A stretch of DNA of 64,000 nucleotides from NCBI GenBank assembly GCA_951406725.2, contig OX597828.1, positions 72,974,001 through 73,038,000 on the forward strand. Reading direction: 5' to 3'. The notes beneath the pieces were generated by a model. It worked only from the letters and a program-made list of their open reading frames with translations. It searched no databases and was not told the DNA's origin. Position 1 is the first letter of the stretch. Each line of letters starts with the position of its first letter. The stretch comes from Octopus vulgaris (taxonomy: Eukaryota). Below, one piece after another: positions 40,200-54,807 of the stretch. Both the position numbers and the translations under genes were made by a program.

Positions 40200-41182
40200 G
40201 TATTCAAGCCGAAATAAAAAGTTATCTTCTCTTACGTCAAAGCGTACCGTAGGTTGGCCGCACTGACGTCATAGCTTGACTGCTAAAAGTTTGTTCTGTT
40301 GTAGCTAAGCAACCGAATGCTGACCTTCATTTCTCTTGTTTACTTTCTTGGTCGGTCCGCTGGCCGTGAACACCAAGGAAGAACAAAGACCAGCAAACCG
40401 ATTTGTCTGGTCCGAAAGTGTATTTGTGTGTGTATATCTCTATTATAATGATGCATATAAATCGATATATATCTGTGCATCTGTATGTTTATATATGCAT
40501 AAGCCTGGTGTTTCTTTACGTGTATATCCTTAGCCTCCAGTATTTGAAGTTCCCTCTAATACCGATTTTCTTGCAAGAGACAGGTGTCAGACATTTGTTT
40601 TACAATTTTATAGATAACAGAATTATTGAAATGTCAGGCAACTTATAAAAGATGAAAATAAAACATAATGATGTAAAAATAAAATAAATAAATATAATAA
40701 TGCGCATCAACTATTTCTTTAAGAAAAGTTCCGAACGAATGAAGAAAACCATTTTACAAATTCATCAGAGCAGCAACAGCTCATTCTTCCATATCAACGC
40801 ATCTTCAATGTAAAAGATGTGAACTGTTCTGCAAGAGAATGGGGAAGAAAAAGAGAGAGAAAGGGAGGGGGAAAAGAGAAATGGAGAAAGAAAGAAACAG
40901 GCAAAGACAGGGAGAGAAAGTGAGAGAGAATGTGTGTGCGTGTGTGTATGTGTAAGTGAGAGAGAGAGAGAGAGTGTGTGTATGTGCATGTGAGTGTGTG
41001 TGTGTTTAAGGGTGTGTGTGTGAGGGAGAGAGGCATGCAGCAATATAAGCTCAAGAGTAGACATAGCAAATGGTAATAGCTATAACAGCAGCAGCAGCAA
41101 CTGCAACAATAATAATAACAGCAACAAAATAATCATTTATCTATCTATCGATTTATCTATCTAGACATTCATATACACATGC

Positions 41183-41217
<35 letters not shown>

Positions 41218-42211
41218 TAAATGTATACATATATATGAATTTATGGAAATATTACTATCTAAAAAAACAATTAATCAATTCGCAGAATGAGAGGAAAATT
41301 AAATGTAGACATAGGTCGAATTACTTATATTAATCCCTTGGTTTAAACTTATTCTAATAATGTTCATACACTACATAACCTACAACAAATTAATACTCAT
41401 TATAATACTACATAATATAACTACATAAATTAATAAATTAAACAGGCCGAATTATTTATATAATAATTTTAGATAATTTGTGAAAATATATATAACCTGA
41501 TTTATGTTATTAATTTATTATTAAGGAAAAATGTTATTTTCTCTGAGATTGCTCCATGATATAATTATGATATGTTTTGTTTGTTTGCTTTTTTATTCTT
41601 GAAGGGCTTTTTGTTCCATCAGAAAAGGACCAACAGCAGCAATAACACCGCCGATAACCGGAACATCATCAACAAGAGCATGAAGTACTGCCGGGAACAA
41701 TAGGAGCATCATCACCATCATCATAATCATCGAGGACGTTACCATCGAAAGCAACACTACCGACCACCGACACCACTACATCCATCTCTACCACCACCAC
41801 CAACAACAACACCACAATCAACAACACCACCACCACCAACAACACCACAACAACAACAACGACAACAACATCAGCAGCTGGAAAACCAACAAGACTACAG
41901 TAAGAAAACAGGAAATAAGAAGAATTAGAGAACCAGGAGCAAATTCAATATTTTTAAGAACAAACAACAACAACTACAAGAGCAACAACAAAGCAGCTTA
42001 ACAACAGCGATAATCACAACAACAACATCGCCAACAACAACCACAGATTTAAGAAACAACAGCGAAAGCAACAACACTAGATGCAGAAATAAAAGAAGTA
42101 AAAAAAACACATTAAAGAACACAAGACGTGAGATTTGCAACAACTGCAAAAACAACAGCAGCAGCAGCACTTGCAGCAACAACGGCAATAATTCTGCAAC
42201 CAGGATTAACA

Positions 42212-42277
42212 ATGTTTTACCGTTTTGGAGGAATACACTTTTGGTTACTCCTGTTACCCACCATTACCGACAGTTTG
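42212..42277 (+). CDS. first coding exon (signal peptide) of an ITIH-like VIT-domain protein
   Basis: ACAATG start, peptide MFYRFGGIHFWLLLLPTITDSL, then TTG|GTGAGT donor in phase 0, matching the phase-0 VIT exon. Possible acceptor at 41603-41604 after a pyrimidine tract, which would give a long CAA-rich 5' UTR. Confidence 0.65.
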
Positions 42278-42585
42278 GTGAGTATCACTCCTACAGAGTT
42301 TTCTACTTTTTCACTCCTTAGTACAGGGGTACCACGTTGCTTGTTCTTGTTACTATGGAAGCTTTTGTCGGTTTTCAGTCTCAGTTCATCTCTGTGATAA
42401 AAGATGTTCCAACCATGACCATCCCGACTGCTCTTTTTTTTTTAGATAACGTATCTAAAACTAGATTAGCGGAAGTGTCGTTCCTTCTATTTGTAAGATA
42501 TATATAAAAAAGAAAGATTTGGTTTCCATTTCTAGCCAGAAGAATGACCCTGTCGAAGCTCCCTCTTTGATTCGCTCGTGGTAGT

Positions 42586-42624
<39 letters not shown>

Positions 42625-42859
42625 GCTGCTTTTTATTGTTTAGTGAAAGGACCAGCCCCAGCCCCAGCTAGAGCAGACTAGGTAGAGAACGTAGTGAAAT
42701 ACCAGCCTACTGATGGCAGGATTATGCTTACAGTTCCACAACAGTTGAAACAACAACAAAAACACCAGCAATGGGCGTAGGTACATGCTAGTCTCACGGG
42801 AAAACAGCAGCAGCAGCAGCGTCCACAACAACTACTACTACGACAACAACAATAGCAAT

Positions 42860-42925
<66 letters not shown>

Positions 42926-43184
42926 AATTACGATGGGTCCACAAGAGAGATTGTTCTTGGGCACTGGTCCTGCTAAGAAGAACTCCCCTTTGAATCTTAC
43001 CTTTTCGACTTAACAAAAGCAGAAAACATTGGATTATGTATTCCTAGAAGACAGACTGGGAGCACAAGGTCACGGATTCTAGATTAAGTACAAGCAGTTA
43101 TAAAGATCTCTGTACTTGGCTGTCTTTCTCATTTATCGATAATAATGATTTCAAATTCCCTAGCCCTAACCCTAATCCAAATGC

Positions 43185-43785
43185 CAGCAATTTTAGGGGA
43201 GGGTTTAAGTTGATTAAGTTGGCCCTAGTGCGTCACTGGTACTTATTTTATCGACACCAAGTCGATCTCGATGGAAATTGAACTCAGGACGAAGAGACGA
43301 ACGAAATGCGGCAAAGCGTGCTGTCCGGCGGGCTAACGATTCTTTTCTAATCTAGGCACAAGGCCCGACATTTTGGGGGAAAGGGCCAGTCGATTAGATC
43401 GACTCCAGTACCCAACTGGTACTTAATTTATCGACCCCGAAAGAATGAAAGGTAAAGTCGACATCGGTGGAATTTGAACTCAGAACGTAAAGACAAAAGA
43501 AACACCGCTAAGCATTTCGCCCGGCATGCTAACTTGTCTGCCAGCTCGCCCCCTTAATAACAACAATAATGCTTTCTACTATCGGCACAAGGCCTGAAAT
43601 TTGGGGGAGGGGAACCAGTCGATTAGGTCGACCCCAGTACTCAACTGGTAAATAATTTATCGACCCCGAAAAAATGAAAGGTAAAGTCGACCTCGGCAGA
43701 ATTTGAACTCAGAACTTAAAGACGGACGAAAATGCCGTTAAGCGTTTAACTCGGTATGCTAACGGTGCTGCCTGCTCACCGCCTT
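43185..43785 (-). mobile_element. three head-to-tail family A2 SINEs
   Basis: Three successive CTGGTA..TATCGAC..GAACTCAG.AC blocks. Two have the clear GGCACAAGGCC tail. Confidence 0.85.
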
Positions 43786-44758
43786 AACAACAACAACAAC
43801 AACAACAACAGCAGCAGCAGCAGCAGTAGTAGTAGTAACAACAATTTTAATTTAAATATAGCAATGAAAGAGAGCTTTATGTTTTCAGGATGAAGATGAT
43901 GGCACGGTGTGTTGTGGGGTGGGTGAGGGGGGGGGGGTCAGTCATATTGTGCTGATTATGATGGTGCAGATGGGTGGGTGGGGGGCAGCGAGGTTGGTGG
44001 TTGATGTGTACGATGATTGTGATGATTGTGATGATTGGGATGATTGGGATGATTGCGGTGACAGGAATGATTGTGGAAGAATAATGTCTGCTCCAAACTC
44101 TCGTATAAGACATAAAACAGTGTGCGAGTTGTTTCTAGACAACAACGTGATCGTTATCATCTCACCTCCGTTACCACCAGCGCCGCCACCGCTTGCACCA
44201 CCATCAACCCCACCCCATTTGACCACGACGACTACGATAATCCCCTCTATGACGACAGTGACCACCACCACCACCACCACCACCACGTCCGTCATTATGT
44301 CCAGCGCCATCACCATTAATGCCACCAGCACGAACAATAACACCACCACCACCACCACCACCACCACCATCACCACCACCACCACCTCCAACACCAGTAG
44401 CACCGCCACCACCACCACAACCACCACCATCACCACCACCACCTCTAACACCAGTAGCACCGCCACAACCTCCGACACCACCACCATATAGATAACTGAC
44501 ATCCTCGACACCTCCGTGACCACCGCTACCATTGCGCGCCAATGAGAGTAGGGCCTCTGCCTGTTACCTCAGCACGCTAAAGATAACAGCTACATCTTCC
44601 CGCCGTCTTAGAAACGGATGCTTTGTATAATATGGTTCTGGGATTGTCACGCCTGGAATGGCTCTAAATAAAGATTTACTCTGCCAGAAAGGATATTGAG
44701 TTATAAACAACAACGACAATCAGAATAACATTCCTTCCACCATCACAAACAGGTCCAA

Positions 44759-44807
<49 letters not shown>

Positions 44808-44929
44808 GGGTTATGTATGTGTCTGTGTACGTGTGCGTTTTGTGTGTGCATGAGGATTTTCATGCATGTATATTGGTTGATGTTTATATGTGAATATGTG
44901 TGTATGTATATATATATATATATATATAT

Positions 44930-44984
<55 letters not shown>

Positions 44985-45681
44985 GATATACACACATACA
45001 CACATATATATATACGCATATATGCGTGGTTGTGTATATATTGTATGAGTGTGAATATAAATTTACCTATGCACGTACATAATATACTCATTGTGGCTAA
45101 AAGGGTCACATCTAAAAGCATACAGCTACCCACTTAGCAGGGCTAAAGATAACATCGACAACCACGACAGCAGCAGCAGTAGTAACAGTAACAACAACAA
45201 CAACAACAACAACAAAAACAGCAGTAATAAAAATAAAAGCAACGACTACAACCACAGCATCAAGAGTTTAAGATTACTTTAGAAGCAAAGATCAAAAACT
45301 TCAAACGTTTTTACAAAATGGTGTCACCTGTTCAGGTCGACTTACTTCGTCTAGACTTACACATTGTTCTTTTGAATTTAATATGGTAATTCGTTGGGGT
45401 AATTTGTCGTCCTTTGAAAATTATCCTTATAAATGTAAACATTGGCTATATATCACGTTATTTTTTTGTTCGTATTTAGTTCTAGGCCAACCCACTTTGA
45501 GTAGAATTATGCTTAAAGATCTTATCTGTTTACAAGGAGAAAAATAGGAAAATATGATGTCTTTACATCGCCAGCAGTCTTCACCACTGAGGCATTCAAA
45601 TAAATGACTGTAGATATATCTATATTATGCATGTTTTAGGTATTCTGAAATATGGTGCTTTGTTTCTGTGCCCGTCTGTAA

Positions 45682-45683
<2 letters not shown>

Positions 45684-45764
<81 letters not shown>

Positions 45765-45784
45765 GATATCTATCTATCTATCGA

Positions 45785-45832
<48 letters not shown>

Positions 45833-45848
45833 AGTCTGTCTATCTATC

Positions 45849-45889
<41 letters not shown>

Positions 45890-46005
45890 ATCTATCTATC
45901 TATCTATCTATCTATCGATATCTATCTATCTATCGATATCTATCTATCTATCGATATCTATCTATCTATCGATATCTATCTATCTATCGATATCTATCTA
46001 TCTAT
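45684..46005. repeat. (TATC)n array with higher-order 18-bp GATATCTATCTATCTATC units
   Basis: TATC repeats with regularly spaced TCGA interruptions. Confidence 0.93.
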
Positions 46006-46266
46006 CCATGTATCTGTCTGTCTGCCTGTCGGTCGTCTGTGTGTCTGTCTGTTTTTATATTACACTTTATATATACGTATATATATATATATATCCATGT
46101 ATATATGTATATATACACAGGTATATGTATGTTTATACCCATTGTCTATCAAGACAGACGGGGAATAAGAATATGTATCTTTATATCTATATGTTTGTAT
46201 AAGTATACATATGTGTGTGCGTGCGTGTGTATTTATGTATATATAATATCTCTATTGTATTTTCAG

Positions 46267-46427
46267 GTTATGCCAATAATTCGAAGGATGGCAATAACTT
46301 CAGACATTCGCTATCGCTTCGCCACGACCCACATCTCTCTCGATGTTGGCAACACACAGAATTACACAGAAGACTTTCACTTCGAGACTCAATTACCACT
46401 CGGATCTTTAATATCCAACGTTAGCTT
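46267..46427 (+). CDS. VIT-domain exon of an inter-alpha-trypsin inhibitor heavy chain (ITIH3/4)-like protein
   Basis: Acceptor TATTTTCAG|G and donor TT|GTAAGT. Encodes VMPIIRRMAITSDIRYRFATTHISLDVGNTQNYTEDFHFETQLPLGSLISNVS(L/F), matching the VIT pattern S.I..RFA.T......N.......F...LP...I.N.S. Confidence 0.82.
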
Positions 46428-46569
46428 GTAAGTCTTGCGCATGCTCTTTTGATCGGGATGACAGCTCCCCGTTTTTGTTTTAATTACAGAATTGCAGATA
46501 TAATTATTGAAATATCAACAATCATCTTCGTCATCGTCGTCGTCGTCATCATAGCCACCACCGCCGCCG

Positions 46570-46611
46570 CCATCATCATCCTCATCATCATCATCATTAT
46601 CATCATCATCG

Positions 46612-46663
<52 letters not shown>

Positions 46664-46679
46664 TATCATCATCATCATT

Positions 46680-46717
<38 letters not shown>

Positions 46718-46730
46718 CATCATCATCATT

Positions 46731-46765
<35 letters not shown>

Positions 46766-46785
46766 TATCATCATCATCATCATCA
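46570..46785. repeat. (CAT)n microsatellite
   Basis: About 215 bp of CAT repeats. Confidence 0.97.
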
Positions 46786-48114
46786 TCTCTTTTTTCAATG
46801 CTAAGATTGCCTGGTTTTTAATAGCTGGATGCCCTCCCTGTTGCCAACACTTTAATCCGCACTCGTACAGCACGCAGGAACAAGGTGTAGATTTTCTGAC
46901 ACCAGGCTACGTACGCAGTAAATACGACAGACACAAAGTATATAGTCTAGCCTTGGAAATTTATTATTTGCTAATCCTAGTTTGTTTTTTAATCTCTTTG
47001 TGTCGAATACTCGTTTTTCTGAACATTGTAACTTGAAAGTTAATAGGAATAACTGCTGAAAATAACAACCACGGTTAATATCTGAGGTCCTCTATAACAA
47101 AACATTATTGGTACAGAATGCTTTGATTGAGCGTTTTGGTTTATAGCATTTTTCTTATGTAATTTCCCACCAAATTACACCTAAATTCGTTAAAGATTTT
47201 TTAAATAATTTAAAATAGAGATAGCTACTTAAGATTATATAGTCTTTCCGACACAAAATATGTTTAATTTTACTTTACACAATACAAATCGTACGTGAGA
47301 TCTCTAACGGGTCATTTCCAGTTTAAATATCTGAGCTGGAATATTCACAAAAGGCGGCAAATTTACAAATTAGTTAACTGTACACAGATCACATCTTTTT
47401 ATTCCGTTTATGTATAGCTTTCATCGTTAAAAAGTCTTCCATTTTGATGTTGTACATGGAAGTGTTATCTTTTGAGTGCCAAACGTAGTCGGTGAAGTTT
47501 TCACACTTTCCCGATTCGCGTGTCTAAAAGAGAAAGTATGCTTGGAGACTTACACTGCTTGATCTGCTGTCCAGTCTTGTCTTAGCGGCGTTTATGAGCC
47601 ATGTCGCGATTTGACATTTTAGCAATACACATTGCGTCGTAAAACTTAGCTATTGCGGTGCAAGATATATTTTCTGGTCGAGTACGAAGATATGGGCACC
47701 TGTCTTAGTGGCTAGGCTGTTGTAATCACGATCACAACATGGTAGGTTCGATTCTCGTTCTAGGAATCGAACTCATTACCTCATGATTCCGAGCCCGACG
47801 CTCTAACCACTGAGCCATAGACACACACACACATGCATATATGTATATATGTATATATATATATATAAAACGATGAATAGATTTGCGTAACCATAGTTCA
47901 TTTTGTTCTCTTACTGTATTATCATCTTATAATCATCTCTTAATAATGACTTTTATGATTCGTATTACTACCTCAGTCAATCTAAATGTATATATTTGTC
48001 GTTACTTGTTATAAATAGCCTTTTTCTATTTGCAAGGTGCATTTTCGTTGATTTTTCATATTTTAACCTTACATTTCCACGTGTATTTTATATTTTCTTT
48101 TCGTAACATATTTC

Positions 48115-48153
<39 letters not shown>

Positions 48154-48426
48154 AACAATTGCAGCGTGAAAGGTGTTGATAAGCCATTTAAAGACACACA
48201 AAGACTGTTAGATTCACTTCAACATTTAAATTTAATTTGCCAAAATATTTCCGTTGCTTTGAGACTGCGAGCTGGTCATTGACAAAATTCCGTGCTGCAA
48301 AGTGACATCACAATATTATACACACATGTATGTACATATATTAATATTTAGCAGAAGGGGCAGTTTAATAAATGAAAACATACGAAACTCTCGGCTCTTG
48401 AGTCACTCTGTTGCTTCAGCTAAATA

Positions 48427-48818
48427 TTCTTTTGTACTGTAGGCACAAAACCCGAAATTTTGGAGGAGGGGACCAGTCGATTAGGTCGACCCCAGTGCGT
48501 AACTGGTACTTATTTAATTGACCCCGAAAGGATGAAAGGCAAAGTAGACCTCGGCGGAATTTGAGCTCAGAACGTAGCGGCAGACGAAATACCTATTTCT
48601 TTACTACCCACAAGGGGCTAAACACAGAGGGGACAAACAAGGACAGACATAGGTATTAGGTCGATTAAATCGACCAGTGCGTAACTGGTACTTAATTTAT
48701 CGACCCCGAGAGGATGAAAGGCAAAGTCGACCTCGGTGGAATTTGAATTCAGAACGTAACGGCAGACGAAATACCGCATTTCACCCGACGTGCTAACGAT
48801 TCCGTCAGCTCGCCGCCT
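48427..48818 (-). mobile_element. family A dimer (A1 joined into the head of an A2 copy)
   Basis: On the - strand the junction reads GTAAAGAAATA|GGTATTTCGTCTGCCG at about 48593. Confidence 0.88.
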
Positions 48819-48862
48819 TAGCTTCTGCTAAATATTGACAAATATATATCTATATATATGTT

Positions 48863-48924
<62 letters not shown>

Positions 48925-49495
48925 TCTGTCTGTCTCTGTGTACGTATGGGTTCATGAATACAACATGGCTGTCCGTCGATAAACTCCATTTAACCAGTAA
49001 CCATAACCACGCAGATAATATTAATCTAATTTTACGCAAGGAAAACGAATTTCGAAATGTTTTTAAGTCCCCTTCTACTTCTGCTGATGCCTGGTGACAC
49101 CCCAAACTGGCTCAATTCGAAACTATTACTGACACACAATACCCTATAAATGTCAACACTGGCCTGCAAACTAACCCCTCGGTCTTATGCCCCACCCAAT
49201 ATACGCAATAAGAACACCAGTGATGGTATATGTCACACGACGGAGACGACGCTCGTTAACATTTTAACTAGAATTTTATTGGCCCCGATGTTTTGTCCGC
49301 CATTTTAGTGACAGCTCGCTCTTTATTTTGTATTGTAGTTGGGACCCCACCCCACTATCTTTATGTTCATTAGTGTGTATTATCTATCAATATTAGAAAT
49401 GCACACACATATACACACATAATTATTTATATATGTATAAATATGTAAGCGTATCCGTATAAACACACATATACACACGCACACAATATATATAC

Positions 49496-49576
<81 letters not shown>

Positions 49577-49658
49577 AAGAGAGCGAGAGAGAGCGAGAGA
49601 AATACATACATACATATATACATACATACATACATACATACATACATACATACATACA

Positions 49659-49694
<36 letters not shown>

Positions 49695-50206
49695 TATAGG
49701 TACATAAGCATACGCATGTTTACATATATATATATACTTTGTTTTGGGATTTGGTTTACTAGATTCTTTATGTGAGTTCGTGTGTTGAAGCATATTTTGT
49801 TGTTTCTGGAGAGAGTCATTCCCTTTTAGTGCCTTATTGTTTAACACACTCCTCAGTAAAGTTCCCACTCATTTATTTACTTACTTCTAAAATTTTCGTT
49901 GCGTCTTGCAACCTTTTCAATAGTTGTTAACTCTGTCCGAGCGTCCAAGTCTTCATTAAACTCCACCACAACGAATAACGTCTAATAAAACAAAAGACCG
50001 AAATATTGGGCTTCACCACCGTTTTCTGGCTTGAGACAGGCTCAAGTGCTTTCCACATGTTGTGTAACAGCTTTAGCATCTAAATTAAAGTTCGCTCACA
50101 TAATTAACATCATTAGTGAAGCCTTGCTCCAGTATGGTTTTTAGCAAACTAAAGGCGTAAACATTCCTTTTCTAATATGTTTTTCTGTCTTTTGGGTGAT
50201 AATCTT

Positions 50207-50590
50207 GCGGCTGGCAGAAACATTAGCACGCCGGGCGAAATGCTTAGCGGTATTTCGTCTGCTGCTACGTTCTGAGTTCAAATTCCGCCGAAGTCGACTT
50301 TGCCTTTCATCCTCTCGGGGTCGATTAAATAAGTACCAGTTACGCACTGGGGTCAATATAATCGACTTAATCCGTTTGTCTGTCCTTGTTTGTCCCCTCT
50401 GTGTTTAGACCCTTGTGGGTAGTAAAGAAATAGGTATTGCGTCTGACGCTACGTTCTGAGTTCACAATCTGCCGAGGTCGACTTTGCCATTTATCCTTTC
50501 GGGGTCGATTAAATAAGAACCAGTTGATGTAATCGACATAATCTCCTTGTTTGTCCCCTCTATGTTTAGCCCCCTTGTGAGCAATAAAGA
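50207..50590 (+). mobile_element. family A dimer
   Basis: Junction GTAAAGAAATA|GGTATTGCGTCTGACG at about 50432. Confidence 0.88.
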
Positions 50591-51153
50591 GATTAATGTT
50601 GCGTTAAACGTATTTGACTGTGAGTTGTTTACCATGCTGATGGCGTGGCTGAGTAACGTCGCTCTGTCAGTAACTATGACGAAAGAATGTAAATATAGCA
50701 ATTGGGAATGGTTTATGTTAATTAACGGAATAATTCCGATGTTAATTAAGTTATTGCGATTCTGCATTAATTATTGTGTGTCTAGGAGGAATTGCCTTAG
50801 AAAATGAAGCAGGCGAGGTGTACTGTGGAATTTTTTGTAGGTCACGCGAGATTTGTACTCTTTGAGATTGGTGAACAAGGGGGAGGTGGGGAAACGTGTT
50901 TAAGTCTGAAAGTATCCATGCGAGCTTTGTTTGTGTGCGCACGTGTGTATGTATGTATGTATGTATGTATGTATGTATGTATGTATGTATGTATGTATGT
51001 ATGGATGTATGTATGTGTGTGTGTATGTATGTATGTATGTATGTATGTATGTATGTATGTATGTATGTATGTATGCATGCATGTATGTATGTATGTATGT
51101 ATGTATGTATGTATGTGTGTATGTATGTATGCATGTATGTATATATGTATGTA

Positions 51154-51378
51154 AGGCGGCGAGCTGGCAGAAGCATTAGCACGCCGGGCGAAATGCTTAG
51201 CAGTATTTCGTCTGCCGCTACGTTCTGAGTTCAAATTCCGCCGAGGTCGACTTTGCCTTTCATCCTTTCGGGGTCGATTAAATAAGTACCAGTTACGCAC
51301 TGGGGTCGATATAATTGACTTAATCTGTTTGTCATTGTTTGTCCTCTCTGTGTTTAGCCCCTTGTGGGCAGTAAAGAA

Positions 51379-51380
<2 letters not shown>
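51154..51380 (+). mobile_element. family A1 SINE inserted in a (TATG)n array (50946-51410)
   Basis: Full element with TATG repeats on both sides. Confidence 0.92.
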
Positions 51381-51409
<29 letters not shown>

Positions 51410-51571
51410 TCTGTCTGTCTGTCTGACCGTCTGTCTATCTATCAATTAATATTTAGCAGAGGCAAGGGGGTGACTAAAGGTCCGAGAATTTCTTGCGCTA
51501 GTTTCTTACTGCTGGCGCACAAAACCTTCAGCCCTTGTATTAGTTCCTCTGTTGCTTCTGCTAAATATAAA

Positions 51572-51836
<265 letters not shown>

Positions 51837-51994
51837 AAAAGACACGGGTTTATGGATAAGTAGACAGGCAGAGAAACTGATACGTGAATAATTCATTGAT
51901 GGATATAGAGACAGACAGTGATAGAATAGAGAGGAATGCGATCAGGTAGGAAACATACGAATACATTGAGCGCGCGCTGTGTTTGTGTGTGTGT

Positions 51995-52112
<118 letters not shown>

Positions 52113-52515
52113 CAGAGCCAGAGAAAGAGAAGACAGAAAAACAGAGAGAGAGAGAGAAAGGCAGAGAAGTGGGAGAAGCAGACAGAGAGATTATCTACAT
52201 AACCAGATGCAGACAAAGAACAGGCCATAGTTAGGTGCATTCGGCCAGGTCAATTCCTATTATCCGTCACGGTTCGCTGAGCCAATACATACAGCCATTA
52301 TATTTGCACGCATTGAGACACTGATCAGCAAATAATAAATGACAAATTCCTGAGCACCTGTGAAAGGCATAAACATGTCGCTGTTCCATTTACCAAAATA
52401 TCTATAATCAACGATATTTCTCTGTGATGAACCCGAGTGACGAAATCTATGGAGCCGACCGTGGTTGCAGGTTTTGGTGGTAGTAGCAAATATTCGAAAG
52501 AGGCGGAAGACTCAT

Positions 52516-53125
52516 TTCCGCCGAGGTCGACTTTGCCTTTCATCCTTTCGGGGTCGACTACATAAGTACCAGTTACGCACTGGGGTCGATGTAATCGACT
52601 TGATCCGTTTGTCTGTCCTCGTTTGTCCGCTCTGTGTTTGGCCCCTTGTGGGTAGTAAAGACACCGGAAAAAAATTCTTAATGGTATTTCGTCCGTCTTT
52701 ACGTTCTGAGTACAAATTCTGCTGAGGTCCACTTTGCCTTTCATCCTTTTCGGAATCGATCAAATAAGTACCAGTTGCATACTAGGACCGGTTTAATTGA
52801 CTTATCACATCCCCCGAAATTGCTGGCCTTGTGCCAAAATTGGAAATTAATATTCATGCTCTATGTAAGGCGGTGGTTCGCTGGCAGAATCGTCAGCGAG
52901 GCGGACAAAATGCTTAGCGGCATTTTACCCGTCTTTACGTTCTGAGTTCAAATTCCGCCGACGTCGACTTTGCCTTTCATCCTTTCAATGTTGAAAAAGT
53001 AAGCGCTAGTTCAACACTGGATTTTAAATGATCGATTATCACCCCCTCCCGATAAAATAAGTACCAGCTTAATAGTGCGTTCGATTTAATCGGCTTCTCT
53101 CCTACCCCGAAATTTCTGACCCGAC
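52516..53125 (+). mobile_element. cluster of three family A SINE copies
   Basis: ACTTTGCCTTTCATCCTTT cores at about 52530, 52731 and 52967. Confidence 0.85.
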
Positions 53126-53204
53126 CCGTGTATCAAAAACAGAAACCGATATTTATGTTCTACGTGTTTTTTTTGGGGTTTTTTTGGCGAAGTTACTTTG
53201 GGTT

Positions 53205-53598
53205 ACTCTTTTATACTCTTTTACTTGTTTCAGTCATTTGACTGTGGCCATGCTGGAGCACCGCCTTTTAATCGACAACTCGACCCCGGGACTTATTCTT
53301 TTGTAAGCCCAGTACTTATTCTATCGGTCTCTTTTGCCGAACCGCTAGGTAACGGGGACATAAACACACCAGCACCAGTTGTCAGGCAATGCTAGGGGAC
53401 AAACACACACACGCATATATATATATATACATATATACGACGGGCTTCTTTCAGTTTCCGTCTACCAAATCCACTCACAAGGCCTTGGTTGGCCCGAGGC
53501 TATAGTAGAAGACACTTGCCCAAGGTACCACGCAGTGGGACTGAACCCGGAACCATGTGGTTGGTAGACAAGCTACTTACCACACAGCCACTCCTGCG
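53205..53598 (-). mobile_element. family B SINE, full length
   Basis: Both modules present. Confidence 0.92.
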
Positions 53599-54008
53599 AA
53601 GCAAATCTTATGAAAGTTTGCTTCAGATATAAACAACCTCCAGAGACTGGCAGTAAGACTTCATGGAGGGGTCAAATCCAGAGAAATCAAAGATGCAAGG
53701 AAAAGTTTCTTTCTAAACATTATTCGCTTACATAAATTCCTAGAATTCGCTTTCTTAAATTTCAATTGAATGCGTAACTAGTGGCCATATAGGAACTTCG
53801 GTTTAAATTCTAAAACGAACAGCTGAACAACCGACGACTGGGTCACAGGATTAACTTATAGTTATCAAGTTACACTTTCATTTAGACATTCCTGAAACAA
53901 TGACAGTTCGTATTTCTAATTTTTTTTTAGATTCTTTAATCATTGGAAAAGAAAATTTACTTTAACGTTCCATGCTAGATGTGTTAACAATTGTATATTC
54001 TATAGAAA

Positions 54009-54320
54009 TGTTGTTGTTGTTTATTCCTTCTCAAGCCATGGCTGACTCATAAGGGCCGGTTTCCCGGTTCCTTGGCGTATAGGTTCCTCACCTGGATGGG
54101 ACGCTGGTCCATCGCAGGTGAACTGCAAGATGCAGGAGGAAAGAGTGAGAGAAAGTTGTGGTGAAAGAGTCGGCGGAAGTTCGCCATTACCTTCTGCCGG
54201 AGCCGCGTGGAGCTTAGGTGTTTTCGCTCATAAACACACACATCGCCCGGTCTGAGATTCGAACCCGCGATCCTTCGACCGCGAGTCCACTGCTCTAACC
54301 ACTAGACCATGTGCCTCCAC
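54009..54320 (-). mobile_element. tRNA-derived SINE, family E (C-type head, different 3' half)
   Basis: On the - strand: GTGGAGGCACATGGTCTAGTGGTTAGAGCAGTGGACTCGCGGTC..CCTGCGATGGACCAGCGTCCCATCCAGG..(CAA)n. TSD TATAGAAA at 54001-54008 and 54321-54328. Confidence 0.9.
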
Positions 54321-54807
54321 TATAGAAACATAGTTTTCTAGTAATTCCTTTTCAATGAATTATTGGACTGTCACAAAGAATTTTTGTCAGGGTCTTTCTC
54401 GTGAATCTAAGCCAAAATAAGTTATCAAAGAGTTTTAGAATACTGACAGAAATCAGTAGACACACGTACAGGTATATTGAAATGGCTAATTTTCGGCAAG
54501 ACATCAATATTGAGACAATTTCTTTCAGTTCTACACTATTTGGAAGATATAGGAAATATTTGTCTCCTAAATATTGCGTTTATTTTTGTCGCGCACGTCA
54601 CACCAAGTAAATGAGAATTGTAACTACAGGCTGTTGTCCAGCGAATTCATTTCCGTTTTTGGAAATTTCAAAGGTTAATATAAGTAAACACCATGAGGCT
54701 TTGAAAAAATTAAGAAGAATTGGCAGATAATGTTTCCAGGTGATAAAAGATGATCTTGTGCGATTTCACGTCACACCGTTCGGGGCCTCTTTAAACTTAT
54801 TTAACAT

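Noticed and set aside
40264-40420. CRE palindrome TGACGTCA and a nearby ATG as the gene start
   Set aside because: A single 8-mer is expected by chance in 64 kb, and the ORF lacks a good donor or convincing signal peptide.
43158-43178. Telomere-like CCCTAA repeats
   Set aside because: Only about three degenerate units, within the tail region of a SINE.
53627-53735. Possible next exon after TTCAG
   Set aside because: The frame is open briefly but has no resemblance to the VIT C-terminal half and no good donor.
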